Shown in pieces: positions 12,460 to 22,569 of a stretch of DNA of 58,677 bases. A model generated the notes under the pieces. The model was given only the letters and a program-made list of their open reading frames with translations, ran no database searches and had not been told where the DNA came from. Origin of the DNA: Anthoceros angustus (Eukaryota > Plantae > Anthocerotophyta). Numbering within the stretch: the stretch's first letter is position 1; the number at the start of each line of letters is the position of its first letter. The position numbers and the translations under genes were made by a program. Location: NCBI GenBank assembly GCA_010909165.1, contig VJWM01000329.1:1-58677 (forward strand), in the 5' to 3' direction.

Positions 12460-13440
12460 GATACATGTTTGAACAACTTTCAAGCTACTTGGCGGACGAG
12501 GCTGGATGGATTTGTATGAGGCACATCAAGCTGATTTGTCCTCTACCATCTCCATAGTGAATCCAGTTTCAAGGAGGCGCAGCTTGCTACAATGGCAAGT
12601 TGGCCGTGAGTGCCCACCGTGCAAAGATTGCTGCTGGGGCCATGGCCCGCCCACCATCCGTGGTGAGTCGATTGCTGCGAGCGAGTGGCGTACGGAAGTC
12701 CCGGAGTTCATCCAAACTCCCAAGTATCCCAATCCGTGGAGGAGTTCATGGCCATCCTCGAGAAGGCATTCCAAGACTCCCGAGAAGATAGTGAGCTGGC
12801 CAGTTTCGCTGCAAGAAGGGTGAGGCTGTCGGATGACCTTTTGCGGCTCCAGGCTGAGAGGCACGGATGTTGATCGACCAAGAGGCGGAAGTTTCTTCAC
12901 GGCGTTGGAGGGGATCCATTGTTCCACTTTCAACTTGTCACCTCTTTGGTGGACAAGTATGGGGGCAACTACACCACCAGACAGTCCATGAAGAAGCGGA
13001 GCGCAAGGAAATCGCGTTTTCAGTATGCTTCTCGACACTCCAAGGCCTTCACGCACTATCAAAGTATGTTTTCCAGCAAGGGGAACACATCTCGAGGCGT
13101 GGGATCAGGGGTTTCCAAGCCCATTCAGGCCAGGCCAATCAAGTCAGCAGCCGCAGCCACCTCCACAATGCTATGCAATCGTTGTGGCAGCCCGGATCAT
13201 TTGGCTCCGGCGTGCAAGCTTCCTGTGGAAGGTTTGCATTGTTCCCATTGCAACAAGACTGGCCATTTGGTTACAGTCTGTTTTCAAAAGCATCCGGAGC
13301 GCAGATATCAGCAAGGACAGTCCACACCTTCAGCCGGGACTCCCACAACAGCCGCTGGCAGTTCGAATGCGTCGAAGGGCCGATCACAGCGGAATGGGGC
13401 CAAGGCCAAGGAGCGGCTGACAAGATTGCCGCATTGAGGC
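12460..13440 (+). pseudogene. gag: gag with two CX2CX4HX4C zinc knuckles (frameshifted)
   Basis: ORF 12919..13437 has CNRCGSPDHLAPAC and CSHCNKTGHLVTVC (13174-13281). Upstream frame SVEEFMAILEKAFQDSRED is capsid-like. Confidence 0.8.
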
Positions 13441-14389
13441 AGCAGTGGCGCACTTACGCTAGGAGCCCAGCTGCCTGGCACCTCCACCTCCAAGCCGCCG
13501 GACAGCCATTTTGGCACCCCGTGAGGAGGAGAGAGGAGGATTACGGCCACATGAGGCCTGTACATCCGCCTTGTGGACTCCACGCCGATTCTCCTACCCG
13601 CCACATGGGTAGGATGTGACTTGAAGAAGGCACATTTGGATGTTGCGGTGGGACGATCCCTTACTCGGCAACAGAGGCGAGGCTGCCATGCCTAGATCCT
13701 TTGCTGCCAGCATGTCCAAGCATTCGGGACAGGATCACTGGATGGAGCGCGAGAGCCGCCTCCACATTCAAGTCATGGGACACCCCAATGATGCGCATCT
13801 ACCAGTACACCCGACCTTGATCATGCGCAAGGTGTTGGAGACTCCTTTATTGGGCGTGCTCGATTCAGGTGCTGGGCAGCAACCGAAGCTTCCGCTATCC
13901 CATACTCGGATTGCCGAGAGTCCCGGACACTCCTCCACATGGGGCTGCTGGGGACACCTCAACAGCACACCACAGCTCCATGTTCAGAGCGCCGGGAGGG
14001 CCCAGATTGGGATTCTCCAGTCCCATACTGGACACGGTGGAGTCTCAACATCGAGACTCGATCCCATACTGGGCGCCGGGAATCTCAGCCTTGGCCCTCA
14101 ACACAGGATGACAGGCAGTCCCAATGCCAAGCACCTTCAGCTCCATGCCAAGGACTGCGAGGAGAAACCCATCACGGGCCTCCCGCGGTCCCATACTCGA
14201 CAACCGGATTGCCGGTGGATCCCACATGGGCAGCCTCACGACGTTTCAGCTGGGTATTGCCCACCACCATCGACCATGTTACGATGGTGGGAGTGACAGG
14301 CAGGCCACCCACAGCCATGAGGAGGGCCAGCCACTTGAGGCGATCGCGCTATGCGTCTACAGCGAGTACTCGGAGCACTTCAGCACCAA

Positions 14390-14760
14390 TCGCATGAATG
14401 TGCGAGTGAGCAATGCCATGGTGGACAATAGGGAAGGCCATGTCACGGTGAATGGCTATGCTCCCAAGCTTGTGCTCTTGGACACGGGCTACCCGTGATC
14501 ATTGGCAAGGCTCGCCAAACTCAACTTGGGAGGACCTCCATTCACCCGGAACATCAGGACAACATCTAGCTGTGGAACCCTGTGTGGAGACTGTTCAGCC
14601 ACGCCATCACGCAAGCGGGACCGCCATGACATTGGCCATTCATTGCCTTGTCACGACGGTGCTAACTACGATGTCCTTCTCGGACGGAATTTTGTTCCCA
14701 CCCGGCAGCGTGGACAATTGACAGAGCAAGCTCACTACCGCCCGATTGGCGTAGTGGGGG
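14390..14760 (+). pseudogene. retroviral-type aspartic protease
   Basis: KLVLLDTG active site (~14467-14490) and downstream ANYDVLLGRNF (D.LLG motif). Confidence 0.85.
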
Positions 14761-15059
14761 TCAGTGGCACTTTCCCTTGAATGCATGGATGGGATCGCAC
14801 GCCGTCCTAGCTACTCCAGTCCTTATGGCGACCATTGCTGTCCCCGAGGTGCTCCCACAACAGCCAATATTTGAGAACCTGGAGCTTGATGACTTGATCC
14901 AGATCAGGATGGCGACCTGGTCACTGGGAGACACACCACCATCATTCGAGCTCGACTTGGTTCAGACTCTTCCCCAGTGCAGCAAGCGCTGCAGCTTCAG
15001 CTCACTTGAGGACTCCCCAACATTGACAGCATACGAGCCACTTTGGCACGATGCAGCCA

Positions 15060-15990
15060 CCATAAGTGGGCCGGAGGCATGCAACCGACTTGCTGACATG
15101 GCGCATACGGGGCATGCCTGGGAGCTGATATTTGCTGTCTATGGGACAAGCGTTCATTGGTGATTGCCCTGCTCATACTGACAATGCAAACTTCACGCTT
15201 CGACATTGCTGCCGCCTTGAGCTGCGGCACATTCCCTTCACTACTTCCGCCAATGCTATCTCGTGCACCTTTTTCTGATGCCCCAAGACATCCAGTATTG
15301 CAGCCGCCACATTCGACTCGGCCCCCCATCCACTTCGTGATTGCGGGATGGGAATGCCAAGGATTTTCTCAAGCGGCAGGGGAGGATTACAAGACCCACG
15401 AACCGCCTTGTTTTGGGACCTTCACCGCATCTTGGTGGATGTTCACCACTTCAGCCCTGGCTGCGCTTACTTGCTGGAGAACACCCAGCTGGACACTCGG
15501 CTGCAAGTTCGCCAAGACATGGCCATCATCCAGCAACATGTGGGCACGCCCTTGCTCATGGATGCTGTCCAAGTTGGCAGTTTCGCTCATCGCCTGCGAA
15601 ACTATTGGACCAACTGGCCCCTCAACCTTTGCTAGAGTTGGTGGTCACCCGCACTCGGGACCCCACTCTCAAGCTCTCCAATGTGTTGGACCCTTGGCAT
15701 CAGCCACGGGCTGTGGAGTGCGTGCTTGGTACCGCACCGCCGGACAGCCCGGCAGACCCTTCCCACCCTAGTGAGCTTTCCGGCTCCTATGCCTACAGGG
15801 GACAAGGTCGCTGTTCAACAGCAACACCCACCTGGGAGGAGCCCAATGTGGAGGAGCGGGGCGCGTCATGGGTTTCCACACCCATGCCAACGCTCCCAAG
15901 TTACCGAGGTCACCGCCGCCTTGGGCCGCTATGGATCTGTCACCCTCACTTGGCTCATCAGCATATGTCAGCCTTTCACTGGCATTCCAG
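15060..15990 (+). pseudogene. C5 cytosine DNA methyltransferase, DNMT3-like, inside the Gypsy pol polyprotein (frameshifted in this sequence)
   Basis: Stitched across frames: motif IV IHFVIAGWECQGFSQ (Cys codon 15355-15357); GLQDPRTALFWDLHRIL; motif VI AYLLENT; PLLMDAVQVGSF + motif VIII AHRLRNYWTN; motif IX WEEPNVEER..MGFHTHA; motif X-like RRLG.AMDL..LTWLI. Order and spacing parallel the DNMT3 catalytic domain. Motif I is garbled here but intact in copy 2. Confidence 0.88.
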
Positions 15991-16329
15991 AGCTCCCACC
16001 CGCCCGAGGTCCTTTTCCCACATGCTGCGCCGACGCTGTCCATTTGCCCTTCCCGGGATACACCACCTGGTCATATTGGCTTGATGCAGGGGGGGGGGAG
16101 GCAGGTGGCATGGCCATCCCAGTCTGCATTCTCAGCATCAAGCTCTGGTGGACATGGGAAGCTGAATCAGGGGCATCCGAGTATGGGGACCGAGTATGGG
16201 GGATTCGAGTAGGGACTCCCAATTCACGCCAGCACCCAAGCCTCGCTTATGTCGAGACTTTCGATTGGGTCATGGGGCCCCAACTCACAACGGCGGAAAG
16301 CAGATACATGCCCTTGCTCCAATACCGGG

Positions 16330-17190
16330 CTTTTGCCTTCTCCATGCGAATTGAAGCGATGCAATGTGACCACCTTCCGCATCAATCGACCAGCAAGGAG
16401 CCTATCTCTGAGGCGCTACAGGCTCAGCAAAAGAGTGGGACATGGTGGATGCACTGTCAAGAGTTGCTTGAAGCCGGGCTCATTCGCCCCTCTAGCTCCG
16501 ACTATGTCTGCCAGTGATGCCTCCCAAGAAGGACGAACGGATGTGGACAGAGAAGAGGATGTGCGGAGACTACCGTCCTATCAACTCTGACAGCCAGGAT
16601 CGGTACCCCATGCCAACGCCGGAGGAGATCTTCGACAACATTGGCAAGTCTACCTACTTCTCGATTTTGGATTTGCGTCAAGGCTTCAACCAGTGCCTTC
16701 TGAAGAGGACATCAAGAAGACAGCCTTCCACGGCTCTCAACTGTGGGAATGGCTGGTGATGCTTCAAGAACGCTACGGGTGACATTCCAATAATGGACAT
16801 AGTACTTGCAGTTCAACCTCATGTGCTACATTGATGATGTCCTGGTCCACAGTGAGGACTTTGAGTCTCATTTGGTGCACCGGAAGATCTGTTCAAGAGA
16901 TTGCGAAGGCGCGATTGACATGTCACCCGCCAAGTGTGAATTTGGCATGGACCGTGGCATACCTTGGTCATAGGGTGTGCGGCGTAATGCCTCATGCTGC
17001 CAAGGTACAGGCCATCTTGCAGGTGCAGAGCCCACAAACCTCTCCTTGCGAGCTTTCCTCGGCCTATGCAACTATTACGAGTATACATTCGGGACTTCAA
17101 TTTGAATGACTTGCTGCGGAAGGATGTTGTTTGGGCCTGGACAGAGAAGACCCAGCAAGCTTTCGACACGCTGAAACGAGCTTGACGGAA
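16330..17190 (+). pseudogene. pol: reverse transcriptase (Ty3/Gypsy)
   Basis: ELLEAGLIRPSSS; KRMCGDYRPIN..DRYPMPTPEEIFDNIGKSTYFSILDLRQGFNQ; YIDD at 16827-16838; YLGHRV; WAWTEKTQQAFDTLK. Confidence 0.92.
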
Positions 17191-17199
17191 GCTCCTGTC

Positions 17200-17570
17200 A
17201 TGGCTGACCGACTTCTCCAAGCCGTTTGTGGTACATACGGATTGGAGCATCTTGGGCCTAGGGGCTGTGCTAGCCCAACAAGATGAAGATGGAAAGGAAC
17301 GGGTGGTTGCGTATGCTTCACGCAGCAACAATCGTGCTGAAGCCAACTACAGTAGCTACCAAGGGGAGTGTCTAGCCGCTGTATGGGCAGTTTGTCATTT
17401 CAGGCCATACCTGTATGGCAAGCCCTTCACGCTAGTCACTGACCATCAGCCCCTCAAATGGCTGATGACCAACACTAAGTTGAGTGGGAAGCTTGCAAGG
17501 TGGGCCATGATCTTGCAGGACTATGAATTTCAAGTGGTGCACCACCGAGTCACACACCAAAGCGGACACT
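17200..17570 (+). pseudogene. pol: RNase H (Ty3/Gypsy)
   Basis: VHTDWSILGLGAVLAQ...VVAYASRSNNRAEANYSSYQGECLAAVWAVCHFRPYLYGKPFTLVTDHQPLKWL. Confidence 0.93.
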
Positions 17571-17878
17571 CTCTCGGAATCCCAGTGCTAGTTGCGAAGA
17601 TGTTACAGAAGCCAGACAGGACCAAGATGATGGAGATCTGCAGCATGTGTCGGTGGCTGCGATGGTGGCTTTGACAAGCGGGTGACTGTCCGTGTATAGA
17701 CGGTCCTTAGCATTGAGCACATATCTTTGAGGGGAGGTCCAAGGACATCAGGAAGACTAAACTCTCCTATTTGTCCAAACAGGACAATTTGGATCAGCCA
17801 TTGAGCACGGTGAGCAAGAAAGAATTAGCCGGCTTCCAAGTATCAATGGCGTGATGGGCATTTTGAGGAGGCTGACCA

Positions 17879-18960
17879 ATGGCTGGAGCGATTGGTGCCA
17901 CCACTGCGATAGGGAGCAGCTCATTTCGAGTGCACGATGACATGGGCCATTTTGGAGTCAAGCGTACTTACAGTTTGCTCCTCCCACATTTCCATTGGCA
18001 AGGGATGTCGCCCAAGTCAAGCTGGTGGCTTGCAAGGACTGACGGTGAAGACCTCCTTCACCATCCGAACCCTCAGCCACCCTTTGCCTATCATGGGGGA
18101 TTCTTTAGGTGGTCTTGTGACTTGTTGGGTGAACTACCCAAGACACCACGAGGGAACGTGTACATTCTCGTCATGATGGAGCACTTCTCCAAGTGGGTAG
18201 AGGTGGTGGCCCTGCCGGACAAGAGCTCCAAAAGCACCGCTCAGGCCTTTCTTCAGAATGTGCTGAGTCGCTTTGGGAGCTGCGCCGAGTGCTTGACGGA
18301 TCAGGGGTCTGAATTTCGAGGGGAATTCCAAGACCTGCTAGACGCAGCGCTCATCGACCATCGCAGGACCAGCCGAGACCATCCTCAAGCTGATGGCCTG
18401 GCTGAACGGATGGTACAGACCATCAAGAAGGGTCTAAGGAAGCTCTGCCTTCAAATGCCAAAGACAGAGTGGGACTTGGCTCTTCCCTACATCGCCATGG
18501 GCTACCGTATGAGTCGGCATGCCTCCTTGGCACATTTCAGTCCCTACTTCTTGCTGTTTGGGAGGGAACCCATGCCGCCTAGCTCCATTGCCAAGCAACT
18601 CTATGAGGTAGTGGATCTGGATGATCCAGCAATTTGGGCAACGGTCATCGGTCAGCGTGCCGCGCTGTTTCGGCAAGCCATGCCGATGGCCATGGCTAAT
18701 TTGAGGATTGCCCAACATCGGGACACCCTTAGATATGCCACTCACTTGGCTGGACCCAAGCTCAAGAAATTTCGGTGGGGACTTTGTTTGCGAAGCAAGT
18801 GGGAGACACCCTTGACACCACCACCGATCGACATGTGCTGCGAGTTCAGAGGTCAAGGACAATGGTGTGCTAGTGCTACAAGGATCGGATGGACGTACCA
18901 CCAAGGATCACATGAAAAATTGTGCCTTGCCATTTGCCCAACTGGATCCAACCATTGTCA
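17879..18960 (+). pseudogene. pol: integrase (zinc-finger remnant + DDE core)
   Basis: HDDMGHFGVKRT; WSCDLLGELP; CLTDQGSEF; HPQADGLAERMVQTIK; SPYFLLFGREP. Confidence 0.93.
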
Positions 18961-18979
18961 CCATTGATTGGGTACCTCA

Positions 18980-19110
18980 TTACCCATGGTTGCGGGGAGG
19001 ACGGCGACCACAGCTGATGCTGCACGACCCGCAGCGGTATACCACCTATTTTGCTTGCAGCCGCCTCTCTCCGAGGTGCCGGAGCAACTGTGGTATTGTC
19101 CACTATGTGC
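18980..19110 (+). pseudogene. PHD finger at the integrase C-terminus
   Basis: YHLFCLQPPLSEVPEQLWYCPLC (19040-19108) matches the PHD H..CL.PPL..VP...W.CP.C half. Upstream QLMLHD in the adjacent frame matches LLLCD. The first Cys pairs are disrupted. Confidence 0.82.
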
Positions 19111-19210
19111 TGCCTCTCCGGCAGCCTCAGCATTGCGGCACACAAGCTTCAATGGCTGGGGGGAGCAGATGCTCTCCCAGCATATTTTGTTCTTTGCAAG
19201 GGGGACCCTT

Positions 19211-20040
19211 TGTGGCGGACTCATACTCGGGACTGCCGAAACTTTGGCCCCATTCAGGCTACAGCAGTCCCGAATACTGGAGTGACGATAAGTGGGCTGG
19301 TAACAGGAGGCAAGGGGCACGGGGCTGTCCCATGGGACATGGCGATCCATAGCTGTAGGTGCGGGATCAGCCTTGACAGCGGTCACGGACTGCAGCCCCA
19401 CAGCTTTGGGACATGCGTCCCACCGTGGATTGCTAGGGATGCTATGGGACAAGCTCCCATAGTCCTCATAGCTAAGATTGGTGGGTGCCCGGACAAGCTC
19501 ATACTCGGGACAGGTAGTCCCAAACTTTTCACGCTTCACGGCGGTACCGGAGGTTGCCAAGACCGTCCAGACATGGGACATGGCAGTCCACCCATGGACT
19601 GGGGCCCATCCCAGCCATGGGACATGGTAGTCCCACCAGGGATAGCCGGATTGGGTCCAGCCATGGGACATGGCGGTCCACCGGGGTTGCCGGGGCCGTC
19701 AGCCACCAAGCGTCAAGACACAAGAACTAAGGTACACATGCAAAGAATGTGAACTCGATGTATGCTTGCTTTTATATACTACGTTTGGTTAGGCATTTTC
19801 ATTAACCAAGGACATGAAAACATATCCTTTATTTTGATTGGCCCATAGTCCAAGGATTCATTTCCTTTAAATACTAGTTATAGGAAATAGATCCGTTATG
19901 AGCGGATAACTAGGTAGGCTAGACAAAGCCACTTAGTTTAGGTGTGAAACCAAAGCGGACCCAAACCCAAAACAAGGCACACGATCAACGTGGGAGGAGC
20001 ACCACCAAGCGTGAGGTTGCTTTTTGCATCATGGCGCAAA
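19211..20040 (+). repeat. putative 3' LTR of the DNMT-Gypsy element
   Basis: Begins TGTGGCGG after a short purine run (caagggggac), downstream of pol. 19162-19541 is repeated at 20322-20691 and 19550-20040 at 27635-28212. The 3' end is not determined. Confidence 0.55.
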
Positions 20041-20321
20041 CATCAGCTGGGAATCGAGTGGGCGTGGAGATGATGGCGGCGAATGAGGACCGTGGGGCAA
20101 GGAAGCGAGGTAGTCTTGAAATCGTGCTCGAGCGCGCGGTTAGGAGGAAAGCACTTTGTGAACCCTTGCAATCTGGAAATCCAAGATCGATTAGATCATG
20201 TGTTTTTGCTCATGCTTCCTACAAGGCGCCAAGGCTCGATTCAGCTCCCACCAGTATAACTCGGCTGGCCAAGAAATCTTCAAGAAATCTCGTGATTCCG
20301 CCATTGCGCAGCGGATCCCTT

Positions 20322-20691
20322 TAGGAGCAGATGCTCTCCCAGCATATTTTGTTCTTTGCAAGGGGACCTTTGTGGCGGACTCATACTGGACTGCCGAAAC
20401 TTTGGCTGGCTCTGGTCCGAATCTTGGAGTGACGATAAGTGGGCTGTACGAGGCAAGGAGCTGCAACTACTGTCCCAGCCATGGGACATGGCAGCCCCAC
20501 AGCTGGACTGGACACGATCCCGGCCAGACAAGCGGGTCCCTGACCCGGGGCTGCCCCAGCTTGGGACATGGCAGCCCACGGACTGCCGATCCCAGCTATG
20601 GGACAAGGCAACCCCATAGTCCTCAAGATTGGTGGAGTTGCCGACAAGCTCATACCGGACACCTGGTAGTCCCAAACTTTTCACGCTTCAC
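20322..20691 (+). repeat. second copy of the DNMT-Gypsy PPT/LTR 5' portion
   Basis: ggagcagatgctctcccagcatattttgttctttgcaagggg...gtcccaaacttttcacgcttcacg, shared with 19162-19541. Confidence 0.8.
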
Positions 20692-20699
20692 GACAAAGA

Positions 20700-21500
20700 A
20701 GCGGTGGCATGGGTGTGGAAACCCATGACGCTCCCGCCTCCTCCACATTGGGCCCTCCCACGTGGTGTTGCTTGAATAGCGACACGCCTTGTCCCCAGGC
20801 ATGGGAGCCGTGAAAGCTCACTAGGGTGGAAGGGTCGTCCCGGCATGTTGGTGCGGTACCAGGTGCACGCCGGCACCCCACCCGTGGCTGATGCCAAGGG
20901 TCCAACACATCGGAGAGCTTGAGAGTGGGGTCCCGAGTAGTGCGGGTGACCACCAACTCTAGCAAGGTTGAGGGCCAGGTTGGTCCAATAGTTTCGCAGC
21001 GATGAGCTGCTAACACTCGACATCTATGAGCAAGGGCGTGCCCACATGCTGGATGATGGCCATGTCTTGGCGAACTTGCAGTACCGAGTGTACCGCTGGG
21101 GTGTTCTCCAAGTAAGCGCAGCCAGGCTGAAGTGCTGAACATCCACCAAGATGCGGTGAAGGTCCCAAAACAAGGCGGTTCGTGGGTCTTGTAATCCTCC
21201 CCTGCTTGAGAAATCTCGCATTCCCATCCGCAATCACGTGGATGGGGCAGGAGTCGAATGTGGCCTGCTGGATGTCTTGGGGCACGAGAAAAGGTGCCCG
21301 AGATAGCATTGGCGGGAAGTAGTGAAGGGAATCACGCCTCTCAAGGCGAAAAGCAAGAATGCATTGCGCCTTGGGACAATGGTCAATACAATGTAACGAC
21401 CGACCAAGATGCCATTCAGCAAAGGGCTCTGCACTGCAAATGCCCCCAAACAGTTCCCAAAGTAATGCAAGTGGGCGCATCCCACGTGATGATCCGCTCA
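20700..21500 (-). pseudogene. DNMT3-like C5 methyltransferase, copy 2 (truncated after motif IX)
   Basis: Motif I LWELFGGICS (~21430-21462), then LLNGILVGRYI..ID (cf. DNMT3 LSLFDGIATG..LKDLGIQVDRYIASE), tgggaatgc = WEC, YLENT and LRNYWTN. Confidence 0.85.
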
Positions 21501-22565
21501 TTGTGGTGGAAGGTGCCCTCACGCCCAAGGGGAGTGCTGAAGCTGCAGAGCTTGCTGCACTCGTGGAAGAGCTTCGAACCAGCCTGACACTTTGAATGAT
21601 GGTGGAGTGTCTCTAGGCAGTCGTGACCAAATGGTCGGCCTCGTGATCCGATCCAAGTCGGCTCCAAGATGTCACTCAAATGCCTGGGCACGGGCACCCG
21701 GGACAACCTGAATGGTCGCCATAAGGACCTGGAGTAGCTAGGACAAGGGCAACTTTTGTCCAATCCGCCATGCATTCAAGGAAAGTGCGCCACTTGACCT
21801 CCACTACGCCAATCGGGCGATAGTGAGCTTGCTCGGCCCAATTGTCCACGCCGATGCCGGTGGAAACAAAAACTCCCCGTCCGAGAAGGACATCGAAGAA
21901 GCGGTCCGTGACAAGGCAATGAATGGCCAATGTCATGGCAGCTGTCCCTGCTTGAGCGTGATGGCTGGCTGAGCAGTCTCTCCACACATGTGTTCCATAG
22001 CGCCCGAGGTCATTCCGATGTTCCGTGGTGAATGGAGGTCGTCCTCGCAAGTTCAACTCGGCGAGAGCCTTGCCAATGATCACGGCAGGCCCCGTGTCCA
22101 AGAGCACAAGCTTGGGAGCATAGCCATTCACCGTGACATGGCCTTCCCTATTGTCCACCATGGCATTGCTCACTCGCACATTCATGCGATTGGTGGGCTA
22201 AATGCGGGTGCTCCCGAGTACTCAGGCCGAAGCAGACCGCCCAAGTGGCTGGGCCTCCTCATGGCTGGGTGGCCTGCCTGTCACTCCACCATCGTAACAT
22301 GGTCCATGGTGGTGGGCAATACCCAGCTGCTGTGTAAGGCTGCCCATGTGGGATCCACCGGCGGTCCGTCTGTCCCGAGTGTGGGGCTCATGGAGGCGAT
22401 GATGGGCTTCTCCTCAGCTTGGCATGGAGCAAGGTGCCGGCATTGGGACTGCCTGCCCTGTGTGGGACTTGAGGCGAGATTCCCCTGGCGAGTATGGGAC
22501 GCGGAGTCTCTGTTGAGCCTCCACCGGCTGTCCCGAGTATGGGACTGGAGAATCCCAATGCCCTC
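20700..22565 (-). mobile_element. inverted partial second copy of the DNMT-Gypsy (gag-PR linker, protease, methyltransferase)
   Basis: Reverse complement of ~13990-15890: MNVRVSNAMVDNREGHVTVNGYAPKLVLLDTG; GLQDPRTALFWDLHRILVDVQHFS; LRNYWTN; GPNVEE..MGFHTHAT. Confidence 0.92.
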
Positions 22566-22569
22566 GCCC

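Larger units (their letters stand above)
12400..20040 (+). mobile_element. Ty3/Gypsy LTR retrotransposon encoding a DNMT3-like cytosine methyltransferase and a PHD finger
   Basis: Ordered domains on one strand: CCHC x2, aspartic protease, C5-MTase motifs, RT (YIDD), RNase H, integrase, PHD, then a putative 3' LTR. RT-RH-IN order is diagnostic of Ty3/Gypsy. No full 5' LTR or TSD seen; boundaries approximate. Confidence 0.9.

Noticed and set aside
15060-15990. Methyltransferase as a bacterial restriction-modification gene, contaminant or host DNMT3 gene
   Set aside because: It is collinear with, and sandwiched between, Gypsy protease and RT on the same strand. It shows no evident introns and recurs with the protease in a second copy.
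18960-19200. Chromodomain at the integrase C-terminus
   Set aside because: No Y.V/YLVKW.G-type motif; the Cys/His pattern is that of a PHD finger.
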